This document shows positions 44,383 to 53,951 of a stretch of DNA of 64,000 bases, one piece after another. This DNA is from Pirellula sp. (GTDB taxonomy: Bacteria; Planctomycetota; Planctomycetia; Pirellulales; Pirellulaceae). The translations under genes were made by a program, and so were the position numbers. Location: contig JANMNR010000059.1 of the NCBI GenBank assembly GCA_031368325.1, forward strand, positions 761 through 64,760, read 5' to 3'. The notes below the pieces were generated by a model, which had not been told where the DNA came from, made no database searches, and saw nothing but the letters and a program-made list of their open reading frames with translations. Each line of letters starts with the position of its first letter. The stretch's first letter is position 1.

Positions 44383-45549
44383 TTAATTCGATGTCTTGAG
44401 TTGAGCGTACATTTGGTCGATACCACGACGCAGTGCCCAGGCACGTTCGGTCGGGCATGTCTGGTGTCTCGCGGACGTCAAGACTTGAGTCAGGTGGCTC
44501 TTCATCGAGGCACTGACGTCCGAATTGGACAGAGATGTCATGGTGCTCTCGTAGAGTTGTGCACACGCTTGGTGGTGGCCTGCATTAAAAAGATTCGTCC
44601 CCTGCGAGACGGCTTGCTCGAGAGTCATTCGTAGATCGACGGCTTTCGCCGCTTCTACACTTTTAGCTGGAGGCATGAGAACTGAATCGATCACGTGGAT
44701 AACACCGTTTGAAGCGTCAATGTCGGTGGCCAAGAACCTGGAATTGTTCAACTTGACCCCGTCAATGTTGACATTAACTGAGATTGGCAATCCAGCGACG
44801 GAGTTTGCTGTCTTGATTCCAACAACGCCTTCCGAATAAACGCGGCCTGCAACCACATGGTACTTTAGAATATCGACCAGCTTTTGCTTGTTCTCCGGTT
44901 TGAGTAGTTCTTGCACTGTATTGGCGGGAAGTTTTCCAAATGCCTCGTCCGTTGGAGCGAATACGGTGAATGGCCCTGGCCCAGATAGAACGTCAGCCAA
45001 TCCCGCAGCCTTGACTGCCGCAATGAGGGTTGTGAACTTTTCGGCGGCCGTGGCGACTTCTGGAATAGTTTTGTCCGATGGCAGAATCACGGAATCGATG
45101 ATATGGATCACCCCGTTGTCGCACTGGATGTCGGTGGTGGTAACTTGGGCACCGTCGACCATGACGGTCGAATCATCTGCTTTGATGTCAACGCGTTGGC
45201 CATTGACCGTTTTAGCACCTTTGAGTCCGACGACTTGTTTGGCCATGACTCGCCCAGCGACGACGTGGTAGGTCAGGATACCGGCAAGCTTGCCTTTGTT
45301 TTCGGGCTTCAAGAGCGTTTCCACTGTTCCTGCAGGGAGCTTCGCAAACGCTTCGTCAGTGGGTGCAAAGACAGTGAAAGGTCCGGGGCCCTTGAGGGTC
45401 GCGACTAAGTCGGCGGCACCGAGGGCGGCAGCGAGGGTTTTGAACTTTCCAGCCTTTACCGCGGTGTCCACGATATCCGCGGAAAAACCATTGGCGGTAA
45501 ACAGGCAACCAACAGCAATCGATACGCATCCTTTAAACAGGCTTTTCAT
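44383..45549 (-). CDS. Secreted fasciclin (FAS1 x2) protein with C-terminal helical domain
   Basis: Two copies of [15 protein letters not shown]...ILxYHVVAG...NGVIH[IV]IDSV; signal peptide. Confidence 0.92.
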   Translation of the reverse strand: MKSLFKGCVSIAVGCLFTANGFSADIVDTAVKAGKFKTLAAALGAADLVATLKGPGPFTVFAPTDEAFAKLPAGTVETLLKPENKGKLAGILTYHVVAGRVMAKQVVGLKGAKTVNGQRVDIKADDSTVMVDGAQVTTTDIQCDNGVIHIIDSVILPSDKTIPEVATAAEKFTTLIAAVKAAGLADVLSGPGPFTVFAPTDEAFGKLPANTVQELLKPENKQKLVDILKYHVVAGRVYSEGVVGIKTANSVAGLPISVNVNIDGVKLNNSRFLATDIDASNGVIHVIDSVLMPPAKSVEAAKAVDLRMTLEQAVSQGTNLFNAGHHQACAQLYESTMTSLSNSDVSASMKSHLTQVLTSARHQTCPTERAWALRRGIDQMYAQLKTSN

Positions 45550-45608
45550 TCTTGAGCTTCCGTGGGGTTATGGGTGGTTCGGGTTTTGAATTCAACTGGA
45601 CTTAAGAG

Positions 45609-45636
45609 GATTCGAGTTGTTTGACCGATTGGATTC
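45609..45636 (-). promoter_or_regulatory. Candidate ECF-sigma promoter GAATCC-N15-TCGAA upstream of the fasciclin gene
   Basis: The minus strand reads gaatcc aatcggtcaaacaac tcgaa, about 60 nt before the ATG. It resembles the SigK-type ATCC-N15-xCGAA consensus. Confidence 0.4.
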
Positions 45637-45888
45637 AAAAAAGGCCGAATGCGATCTAACTTTCAGCAAAAACACGAAGGCCGAGCCAATCCACCTTGAT
45701 TTAGACTATTGGCTTACATAATCGCCAAGGTCTTGAAGTGACCGTAGTTCGGTAAGTCGACGGGCCTCGAGTGCATCCCGAATGGGATTACTGCGATGAA
45801 AAATCTGTTACTATCCCAAGCTGGCAGCGGCTTGAGAGGATGAGCTGGCAAACGCACGATAGCTTGTATTACGAGACGAGAATCCGAA

Positions 45889-46302
45889 ATGGACATCGAC
45901 ATCAACCGACAGATAAGTGTTGCAATCGAGAATCAACCGGGCCGGCTGGGGCAGATTGGGCGTCTCCTGGCCCAGCAGGGGATTCATATTAGCGCATTCA
46001 GTGTGATCGACAATGTCGAGCAAGCGATGGTGCGGCTTGTTACCGGCGATCCAGCCGCTGCCAAGTTGGTTTTGCAAAAAGCAGGACTTCCTGTGGTCGA
46101 GGTCGAGGTGTTGGTGATTGAAATGACCGATGAAATTGGCTGTCTCGCGCTCATTGGTGAAACGCTAGCGGCAGCAAACATCAATATCGAGTATGCCTAC
46201 TCGTCAACCGCAACGATTGGCAACCGGGGGCGACTCATCGTTAAGACTGCAAACCCGCGCGCGGCCCAAACGGTACTCGTCGCCTTGGGTGGAAACCAGT
46301 AA
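45889..46302 (+). CDS. Tandem ACT-domain protein
   Basis: QISVAIENQPGRLG...GIHISAF and DEIGCLA...ANINIEYAY, two ACT folds. Confidence 0.88.
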   Translation: MDIDINRQISVAIENQPGRLGQIGRLLAQQGIHISAFSVIDNVEQAMVRLVTGDPAAAKLVLQKAGLPVVEVEVLVIEMTDEIGCLALIGETLAAANINIEYAYSSTATIGNRGRLIVKTANPRAAQTVLVALGGNQ

Positions 46303-47459
46303 TGCCATCGTCGCCATTGAGAACCGTCGGCATCCTGCCTGTGGGTGCGCTCGGAGCTGCGTTCTATTTCCATTTAACACGCGGATGCACCGAAGCTCGG
46401 GACCGGATTCAATTCGTACAACGACGCGGTTCCGTCAACACCGCTGCGCTCACTCAAAAAGGCACACTGACGATTTCCTCCGATGGCCACGCGCAAAGTA
46501 TCAAGTGGTCCGACGCTTGCCGGGCCGATTTGGTTTCCTGTGCGCAAGCGGTTTGGCTGCCCGACGTTCTGCTGGTTTGCACGCAGCCCGATCAATTGCT
46601 GGCGGTCATCGGCGAATATGTTCAATTGCTTGAGTACCTGCATAACGTTCACGGCATCGAAAACGCTCTCGAACGGCTTCCGATTGTCGTGTTAAGCAGT
46701 AACGGCATCTACCACGAGCGAGTGAGGCGGTTTCTGGTCGAGCTTCTGGAGGAGTCCATGCTCTATGGCCGGCTCCCGGACCTGTGGAGCCAATGGATGG
46801 GGCTCATCGTGGGCAAGCTGATTCGAGGCGTCACTGTCCAGACCGGATATCGAGTCGGCTCCGGCGCGGAAGCGTTGTACTGTGCAGGACCATCCGCCCG
46901 AACAACCTTAGCAGGTGGCGATGCAAATAATCGCCAACGGTGTGCTGAGCTACTGCAAAATCTAGGCGGATGGTTCGAGGCTAAAAACGATCCGCCGGTC
47001 CGAGTCGAGTTTGACAAGGCGCTTATCAATTTATGGAGCAACTTGCTTGGCCAGTTGAGAGCGATCGACGAAACTGGGAGGTTTCGGTTGTTGCGAATTC
47101 GCGAAATTTTTTTGAACTCGGACGACGACGAATGGGGCGAGCTTTCAGGACACTTGTTTTCAATCGGGCAAGCGGTTAGGGCCTACCGTCCCGACGAGGA
47201 CTTCGAGCAGCTTCACAAAACGACGCTGCAGTTTTCGAGTGGAGCCGGTGATCATTATCCCTCCAGCCTCAAATGGATCGAAACGGAGTTGAACGCGGGC
47301 ACCCTGAGGCCGCAGCTCACCCCGACAGAAAAATGGTTGCTCGACCCGCTTGTGCATTACGCACGTACGGCTGGTTTGGACGATGCCGCCAACTACTTTA
47401 GTTCGCTAAGAACTCGGATCGAGCAAAAACTGGCTGCCGCGATTGCGTATCGCCATTAG
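46302..47459 (+). CDS. Ketopantoate-reductase (PanE/ApbA)-like Rossmann protein, divergent
   Basis: VGILPVGALG, LLVCTQ, VLSSNGI, EFDKALIN. TAATG stop/start overlap with the ACT gene. Confidence 0.55.
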   Translation: MPSSPLRTVGILPVGALGAAFYFHLTRGCTEARDRIQFVQRRGSVNTAALTQKGTLTISSDGHAQSIKWSDACRADLVSCAQAVWLPDVLLVCTQPDQLLAVIGEYVQLLEYLHNVHGIENALERLPIVVLSSNGIYHERVRRFLVELLEESMLYGRLPDLWSQWMGLIVGKLIRGVTVQTGYRVGSGAEALYCAGPSARTTLAGGDANNRQRCAELLQNLGGWFEAKNDPPVRVEFDKALINLWSNLLGQLRAIDETGRFRLLRIREIFLNSDDDEWGELSGHLFSIGQAVRAYRPDEDFEQLHKTTLQFSSGAGDHYPSSLKWIETELNAGTLRPQLTPTEKWLLDPLVHYARTAGLDDAANYFSSLRTRIEQKLAAAIAYRH

Positions 47460-47664
47460 TCTCATTCTTCATTGATGTCGGAATTGGCCCATTTCAAACT
47501 TAGTGCTTTGTCCAGATTAGGTTTTTGCATACAACGGACTTCCAGTCCTTTGACAAAGGTTGGAACCGACGGACGAGAAGTCCGTCGTACAGGTTCAAGT
47601 CGATCCAATTCTCTTATCTCGACGGTATGGGCTTTGGGTTGCTAGCGAAAACCTTTTGCATCCC

Positions 47665-49092
47665 TCATTTTGAAAGTTCGAGACGAAGAGTTGGTGGCGA
47701 CAGCGTTGAGTTGTCTGAGGCTGCAAATCCAAAGACCAGCGATGCTGCTTTCACTGATTGCGTCTCGCAAACAATAACCATGGTAGCTATTTGGTTTTGA
47801 TCTTTTGTAAGATATTCCACCAACTCTGGACTCTGAACAGAGAAAGCACCCTCCTGAACTCCTTGTGGAATAACAAACCTGCCCAGCAACCGAGCGGTCC
47901 GTACGTCGACAGAACCGCCGCCTTGAGTACTTGCTGGAGCACTGTTCCAGGTCGATTCCAAAGGCAGAGAGTCCATCGCATCTTCAGTGATACCGTAGAC
48001 AGCAAACGATGAATCGATGGTCAGTGATGCAAAACCCAAACCGCTGGGGGTTGCGTTCAAATGCAACGAAGCGTTCGAAATGGCATTGCTTTCGACGCTC
48101 GACAGATCAAACCTCAAGTACGCCTTGCGATCGTAAATTCTGACGTCGGGCGTAGACCATTTTACAAGTAGCATTCCAAGCGACGATGCTTTGCTGGAAC
48201 CGGGTTTCAGGTCAGCACGCTGGACCCAGTAGTCTGCTCCACTGCCCATAGACGTCGTTAGATGAACGACGCGGGCTTCATTGGATTGGATTTTTGGTAC
48301 TATGGACGTTCCCTGTTCGACGTCGTGTGACTCAACAATCATCCCTCTAGACAATCGAACACCGCTCTTACCGAGTACGGTTCTCTCGACACCGGTGGTG
48401 CGGTCCTCGACATCAACGCGTCCCTCGAGGACATGCATCTCTGACTCTCCGCCTTGCTGCACGCTAACGCAAAAGCTGGTACCCTGATCGATCAGAATTG
48501 CATTGGGAGTTTCGACAACGAAGCCCTTGAAATCGGTGTGAACTGTTGTGAGCAGTTTTCCTGAATTCAATCTGCATCGCGTGGGTGCAACAATTTCGAG
48601 ATCAGCCGGTCCCTCGAGTTCGAGTACGGCTCCGACATCGAATCGAATCGTAACCAATCCGGCAGCAAGCTTTAATCGACCGATACCGATCTGCGAGCCA
48701 GCATCTGTCGGAACCGAAGCAGAAATCCAACGCGTGCCGGAGATTGCGTCCAGGCTTGCGAAGGTTGTCTTTTCGGACCGAAAATTCCAGTGAATTGCCG
48801 ATGCGGTCAGCGCGATCAAGAGTACGGCAGCGAAAGCGATTGCAAGGTTGTTGAAAGAAAGCCAATAGTCAGCCCTGCCCCGTTCGTTCTTGGGCTTCGG
48901 CAAAGTCGACGATGTCTCGGCTACACGCACGAGCGCAGCGTTAAGCACGCTGAGATCAACAAAGCGACGCATCAACTCCGGTGATGAACTGGCCAGTTGC
49001 TCTAAACGACGAGCTTGAGCCTGGGATGCGCGGCCATCCATCCAAGCGTCCGCAAGTTCCTGAAACTCTCGCATGTTCGCGACGTCTTTCAT
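47665..49092 (-). CDS. FecR-family anti-sigma factor with C-terminal DNRLRE/CBM96-like domain
   Basis: N-terminal anti-sigma helix, TM segment AIAFAAVLLIALTASAI, FecR core (LELEGPA...LNSGKL...FVVETP...DQGTSF) and RKAYLRFDLS. Confidence 0.85.
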   Translation of the reverse strand: MKDVANMREFQELADAWMDGRASQAQARRLEQLASSSPELMRRFVDLSVLNAALVRVAETSSTLPKPKNERGRADYWLSFNNLAIAFAAVLLIALTASAIHWNFRSEKTTFASLDAISGTRWISASVPTDAGSQIGIGRLKLAAGLVTIRFDVGAVLELEGPADLEIVAPTRCRLNSGKLLTTVHTDFKGFVVETPNAILIDQGTSFCVSVQQGGESEMHVLEGRVDVEDRTTGVERTVLGKSGVRLSRGMIVESHDVEQGTSIVPKIQSNEARVVHLTTSMGSGADYWVQRADLKPGSSKASSLGMLLVKWSTPDVRIYDRKAYLRFDLSSVESNAISNASLHLNATPSGLGFASLTIDSSFAVYGITEDAMDSLPLESTWNSAPASTQGGGSVDVRTARLLGRFVIPQGVQEGAFSVQSPELVEYLTKDQNQIATMVIVCETQSVKAASLVFGFAASDNSTLSPPTLRLELSK

Positions 49093-49634
49093 ATCGAAGT
49101 CTCTTTCGCCACTCTATTCTGCACACAATCTAAAAGACTACATCGAACTCTGCTAAGCAATCGATAGATCGCATCAGGCTTTCGTTCCATTCGCTCCGCG
49201 ATCTCTTCGATCGCACTCCCATTGCTGTATCGGTGCCGGATCAATTCTCTATGGTGGGATGGCAAGCGTTCCACGCATTTTTCTAACGCGTCCAGTCGAC
49301 GGTCCAGCGAACCGGCCTGCGAATCGAGCTCTGCCGACAACGCTTCTAAAAACGAATCCGAAAAAACGAGACGGTCTCGCTGCTGTTTCTTTCGCCAAGC
49401 CCGCATTTGATTGAAGGCAACCCGGCATGACCAAGCGGCAAAATTGCTATTTGGCTCAAAGGATTCAAATTCTCGCCAAAGGACCAGATTTGTATCTTGC
49501 TGCACGTCCTCTACCGCAACCCGATCATGCATCAGACTCATCAGATAGACAAAGATCCGATGTTGATTTTCGCCCAAGAGCCTAACGAACTCTTCGATTC
49601 GGGCGTTTTTGCTGGAGGGATTCGGTTCAGTCAT
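49089..49634 (-). CDS. ECF RNA polymerase sigma-70 factor, Rhodopirellula/Verrucomicrobium type
   Basis: EDVQQDT, NFAAWSCRVAFN, IEEIAERMER...IYRLLSRVR. ATGA overlap with the FecR gene. Confidence 0.92.
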   Translation of the reverse strand: MTEPNPSSKNARIEEFVRLLGENQHRIFVYLMSLMHDRVAVEDVQQDTNLVLWREFESFEPNSNFAAWSCRVAFNQMRAWRKKQQRDRLVFSDSFLEALSAELDSQAGSLDRRLDALEKCVERLPSHHRELIRHRYSNGSAIEEIAERMERKPDAIYRLLSRVRCSLLDCVQNRVAKETSI

Positions 49635-49956
49635 TGGGAACTTGTAATTAACTTAAGCAATTCGGCAACAGTCTAAAGCAAGCTTGGTTTCTTAGGGCAA
49701 ACGGCAGCTCGGACTTTAACCGTGGCAAAAGCTCACGCCTGTGGTTTATCTATTCTCAGGGATGGAAGCCTATGCCACGCTGCGTAAGAGCACCTTATGC
49801 CTTTTTTGGACGCTGGAAATCAAAAAGTTTACGTTTCCTGGGAAAAAGATGTCCAGAAACCTCCTTAAGGGCTCTTTAGTGCCGCACGAGAGTCCATTAC
49901 GCTGATCGCAACGGACTCCAACTCGTCATTTTATCTAAGATATTGCAAGGTGGATC

Positions 49957-50925
49957 ATGAAACGCAGGCTCGGTTTTACGTTGGTAGAGTTATTGGTCGT
50001 TATTGCCATCATTGGTATTTTGGTTGGGCTATTGCTACCTGCTGTCCAGGCGGCGCGAGAAGCCGCTCGGCGGATGCAGTGTTCGAATAATGTGAAACAG
50101 ATTGGATTGGCATGCCACAATTATGAAAGCGCTTTTAGGAGCCTTCCTGCTGGTGGCATCGTAAGTTACACGCCAGCCGCACAGGCAGCATTGACTCCTG
50201 CCAATTTTTGCACAACCGGTTTGGACCGAACCCAGGCGCCCTGGTCGGTTCTCATCCTTCCTTTTGTGGAGGAAACGAATTTGTATAACCAGTTCGATCT
50301 AAAGAAGAGGTTTACTGGCTCTTCAAACATTCCGGGTGACCCGCCGAACGCGGCACTGTTCGCAACCAATATGAAAAAATTTCAATGTCCGTCGGATCCC
50401 AATTCGGAATCCAGCGTCAACAACAGCAACTACTTGGGAGTCCAGGGCGGGGGGCCTCCCACAGGCGTTGGCTCTGCTCCCTGTTCGACCAATGCTGGGC
50501 AGCGAGTCTTTTTTCAAAACGGAGTCATTTTCGCGAATTCCAAAGTTCGTTTCGCAGATATAACCGACGGAACAACGAACGTCTTCCTAATCGGTGAAAG
50601 TCGATACATGCCGGTACCAAGAATGCGAACCGATGGGTTCCACGCAGGCTGGGCATCATCGCTCAAGGCAGATAGTGGATTCGCTGTTCCGCTCACATTT
50701 TCGGCGGCTGTGTTGCAGATCAATGCCCAAAAAGAATGCGCCGTTGGGGTGGCGGATTGCTTCAATTTTGTGAGTCGATTGTTCGGCAGCAGGCATCCCG
50801 GAGGATGCCAATTTGGACTCTGCGATGGATCGGTACAGTTTGTGAGCCAGAGCATTGACATCAATACCTACCGTCAAATGGCGATTCGGAATGACAGTTT
50901 GCCAGTCGGTGGTTCGCTTGAGTAA
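49957..50925 (+). CDS. DUF1559 prepilin-type N-terminal cleavage/methylation protein with H-X9-DG motif
   Basis: GFTLVELLVVIAIIGILVGLLLPAVQAAREAARRMQCSNN and SRHPGGCQFGLCDGSV. Confidence 0.95.
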   Translation: MKRRLGFTLVELLVVIAIIGILVGLLLPAVQAAREAARRMQCSNNVKQIGLACHNYESAFRSLPAGGIVSYTPAAQAALTPANFCTTGLDRTQAPWSVLILPFVEETNLYNQFDLKKRFTGSSNIPGDPPNAALFATNMKKFQCPSDPNSESSVNNSNYLGVQGGGPPTGVGSAPCSTNAGQRVFFQNGVIFANSKVRFADITDGTTNVFLIGESRYMPVPRMRTDGFHAGWASSLKADSGFAVPLTFSAAVLQINAQKECAVGVADCFNFVSRLFGSRHPGGCQFGLCDGSVQFVSQSIDINTYRQMAIRNDSLPVGGSLE

Positions 50926-51023
50926 ATTCAGATTCGGGTTATCAAGTTCGAGTTTGTATGGCTTGACCCTGAACAGCATTATGCCCAATTCCACTTTTAC
51001 AAAAAACACCTAAGTTCGAATCT

Positions 51024-51440
51024 ATGAATACTCTGTTTGCCTCTCTGCCCACGAAGCTAACGTGGCTTTCGGTACTGGGCTTAGCGATTTCGATTCTCGG
51101 ATGTGGTGGCCAAGACGGCCCGGTTCGCTATGCCTTGGAGGGAACGATAACCATGTCCGACGGCAAACCGGCTCCGGCGGGTGAAATCTCCTTTGAACCA
51201 GACAGCGCCGCTGGAAATTCTGGGCCGGGCTCCATGGGCCAAATATCCAATGGAAAATACACACTTCCCAAAGATCAAGGAGTCGTTGGCGGCAAGTACA
51301 TCGTTACCATTACGCCGTTTGACGGAGTTCCATTCGGTGAGTCCCTTCAAGGAAAGGCGCTTGTGAAAACACCTTACGTTGAAAAGGTTGATCTACCCGC
51401 CAAGAACGGCAGCAAGGATTTTAAAGTAACACAGAAGTAA
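51024..51440 (+). CDS. Small lipoprotein (carboxypeptidase-regulatory-like fold), typical DUF1559 partner
   Basis: Lipobox ILGC; GTIT...GKP...GEISFEP...ISNGKY...GKYIVTI. Confidence 0.8.
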   Translation: MNTLFASLPTKLTWLSVLGLAISILGCGGQDGPVRYALEGTITMSDGKPAPAGEISFEPDSAAGNSGPGSMGQISNGKYTLPKDQGVVGGKYIVTITPFDGVPFGESLQGKALVKTPYVEKVDLPAKNGSKDFKVTQK

Positions 51441-51581
51441 GCCGATTGAATTCGCTCTGATAGTGGAATGGCGCGAGCCATCACACAATGCAATCCTCGG
51501 TCGGCTTGCGTTGCACCACGACAACACAATCCAAACAACACTTATCGCCAACCCCCCCACGCACATCATGCGTGCGCAACC

Positions 51582-53867
51582 ATGAACAACCTACTAAAAA
51601 ACTTTCTTTGCTTGTTTGTTCCGCTCCTATTTTCTTCAATCAGCCAGGGTGATCAAAACACGCCAAGCTTGTTGTTGGAGGCGGAGAGTTTTGAGCAGCC
51701 TGGCGGTTGGTCACTCGATACGCAATTCATCCGACATATGGGCTCGCCCTATTTGATCGCACATGGAATCGGAAAGCCTGTGACCGATGCGATCACCAAG
51801 GTCGAGTTCCCAGAAACAGGTAGGTACCACGTGTTCGTCCGTACCAAGGACTGGGTTGCACGATGGAAGGCAGACGGCCAGCCGGGCAAATTCCAGTTGA
51901 TTGTCGATGGCGTCACACTCAAGGAGACGTTTGGTACCAAAGGGGCGGATTGGAATTGGCAGGATGGCGGCACTGTTGAGATCAAGAACAAATCCGTGTC
52001 CGTTTCATTGCATGACTTGACCGGTTTCGATGGCCGCTGCGATGCGATCGTCTTTACCAAGGGGACAAAACCGCCGCCTGATAGCAATGATATCTTACCT
52101 GGCTGGAGACAAACCATGCTCGGCCTTAAGGATACGCCCACGCCAAAGAGTGGCTATGACTTAATCGTCGTTGGTGGCGGTTACTCAGGAATGGGGGCAG
52201 CGATTTCTGCCGCTCGAATGGGATGCAAAGTCGCTTTGATCCAAGACCGTCCGGTCTTGGGTGGCAATGGCTCGAGTGAAGTTCGAGTGTGGGCAATGGG
52301 ACTTATTCGCCGTGGCAAGTATCCCCGTATCGGCGAAATCGTCGAGGAGTTTTCGGACAAAGCAAAGAAGTCGCCAGGTACCTTCGAAGAGTTTGGCGAT
52401 GCTCAAAAGGAGGCGCTCGTTCGCGCCGAAGCCAATATCGACTTATTCTTGAATCATCATGCGTTCCAAGTCGACATGGATCAGCAACGCATTTCAGCCG
52501 TCTATGCGTTTGACACCAAGACCAGTGAGTACAGCAAGTTTACTGGAAAACTCTTCTGCGATGCGACAGGCCACGGAACGCTCGGTGCATTGGCAGGTGC
52601 CGATTGGACCATGGCCGAGAAAGGCCGCATGGGGATGAGCAATATGTGGGCTTGGGACGAAGGGGACAAGTCCGTCGAATTCCCCAAGACTCCATGGGCC
52701 CTCGATTTGAACATGAGCGACTTTCCGTATCCCGTCGATCACCATGGCCAATGGTTTTGGGAAAGCGGGTTTGACAAAGACGCCATCGGAGATGCAGAGG
52801 GCATTCGCGATTGGAACTTGCGAGCAGTCTTTGGCGCATTCAACGCCATGAAGAACCGGGATGGTGCAGACAAGCACAAGACCGCATTTTTGACTTGGGT
52901 CGCTTTTATCGGTGGACCGAGAGAATCTCGACAACTGCAAGGGGACTTGGTTTTGACCCAAGATGATATCGTGACCAAGAAAGAGTTTCCTGACGGTTGC
53001 GTTCCGAGTACATGGAGTATCGACTTGCACTATCCAAAGAAGCAGTACGCGGAAAAATTCCCAGACAACCCTTTCATCTCGATAGCCGAACACGATCGCC
53101 GAATTGATCGCGATTATGGATATCCAGTTCCCTATCGCTGCTTCTATTCACGGAACATTGAAAACATGTTCATGGCGGGCCGATGCATTAGCGTTACGCA
53201 CGAAGCGCTCGGAACGGTTCGAGTGATGAAGACATGCGGGATGATGGGTGAGGTGGTTGGCAAAGCAGCTTCGATATGCATCAATCATGATTGTCCACCG
53301 TCGGCGGTCTACGATCGATACTGGTCCGAGATGGATAAACTATTGCAATTGCCTGGAAAGGCGTTTCGCGCAAAACCAACCGATACGATGACGATTCCCA
53401 AAGACTCCCTTCCTTTGGCGGGAGCGTACGGAGCGCCGACGGGTTTAGACCCAGCGGCGTTGCAGGGAGTGGTGATTGATAATCGTCAAGCTAAACTGGA
53501 CGGCAATTGGACATCTGGTACGGGCTTGAAAGGATATGTGGCTTACGATTATGTTTTCGCGCAAGCAGACTCAGGAGCAACGCTCAAGTACGAATGGCAA
53601 GCGGACAAGGACATGAAAGTCGAGATTCGATTGTCCTACCAACCGCACGAAAATCGGGGAAAGAGCGTACCCGTAACCGTTGCGATTGGAGCCTCGAAGA
53701 AAGAGATACGCGTTAACATGAGGGAAAAAGCCGCGATTGATAACGCGTTCGTCTCGCTCGGTGTTTTCAACGCAAAAGCGGGCGACGTGATTTCCATCGT
53801 ACAATCGACTGACAAGGCTGGAGGAATTGTTCATGCTGACGCAGTTCAGATCCTGCACGCCCCGTAG
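51582..53867 (+). CDS. Secreted FAD-dependent oxidoreductase (FAD_oxidored-like) with N- and C-terminal beta-sandwich/CBM-like domains
   Basis: Sec-type signal MNNLLKNFLCLFVPLLFSSISQG. VVGGGYSGMGAAISAAR, LGGNGSSEVR, FCDATG, PYRC, AGRCIS. LLLEAESF N-domain and VVIDN...W...ADAVQ C-domain. Confidence 0.85.
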   Translation: MNNLLKNFLCLFVPLLFSSISQGDQNTPSLLLEAESFEQPGGWSLDTQFIRHMGSPYLIAHGIGKPVTDAITKVEFPETGRYHVFVRTKDWVARWKADGQPGKFQLIVDGVTLKETFGTKGADWNWQDGGTVEIKNKSVSVSLHDLTGFDGRCDAIVFTKGTKPPPDSNDILPGWRQTMLGLKDTPTPKSGYDLIVVGGGYSGMGAAISAARMGCKVALIQDRPVLGGNGSSEVRVWAMGLIRRGKYPRIGEIVEEFSDKAKKSPGTFEEFGDAQKEALVRAEANIDLFLNHHAFQVDMDQQRISAVYAFDTKTSEYSKFTGKLFCDATGHGTLGALAGADWTMAEKGRMGMSNMWAWDEGDKSVEFPKTPWALDLNMSDFPYPVDHHGQWFWESGFDKDAIGDAEGIRDWNLRAVFGAFNAMKNRDGADKHKTAFLTWVAFIGGPRESRQLQGDLVLTQDDIVTKKEFPDGCVPSTWSIDLHYPKKQYAEKFPDNPFISIAEHDRRIDRDYGYPVPYRCFYSRNIENMFMAGRCISVTHEALGTVRVMKTCGMMGEVVGKAASICINHDCPPSAVYDRYWSEMDKLLQLPGKAFRAKPTDTMTIPKDSLPLAGAYGAPTGLDPAALQGVVIDNRQAKLDGNWTSGTGLKGYVAYDYVFAQADSGATLKYEWQADKDMKVEIRLSYQPHENRGKSVPVTVAIGASKKEIRVNMREKAAIDNAFVSLGVFNAKAGDVISIVQSTDKAGGIVHADAVQILHAP

Positions 53868-53951
53868 AGCAGCCTGTCAGCCTATTTGTGTACGAAAGAC
53901 ATGTTGCAAACCGAGAAAGGCAAACAGCCTGTCCTACGCACCAATCACGTT

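Noticed and set aside
47592-47601. ggttcaagtc resembling a tRNA T-loop
   Set aside because: The flanks do not form a T-stem, and no cloverleaf or acceptor stem can be built.
49695-49732. GGGCAAAC...GCAAAAGC resembling a c-di-GMP-I riboswitch
   Set aside because: No GNRA tetraloop/receptor or P1 stem is evident. An Infernal search would be needed; the evidence is insufficient.
47509-49857. tgtccaga shared by intergenic sites 47509 and 49850 as a possible ECF -35 box
   Set aside because: The same 8-mer also occurs inside coding DNA (e.g. 35450 and about 46835), and the downstream -10 regions do not match.
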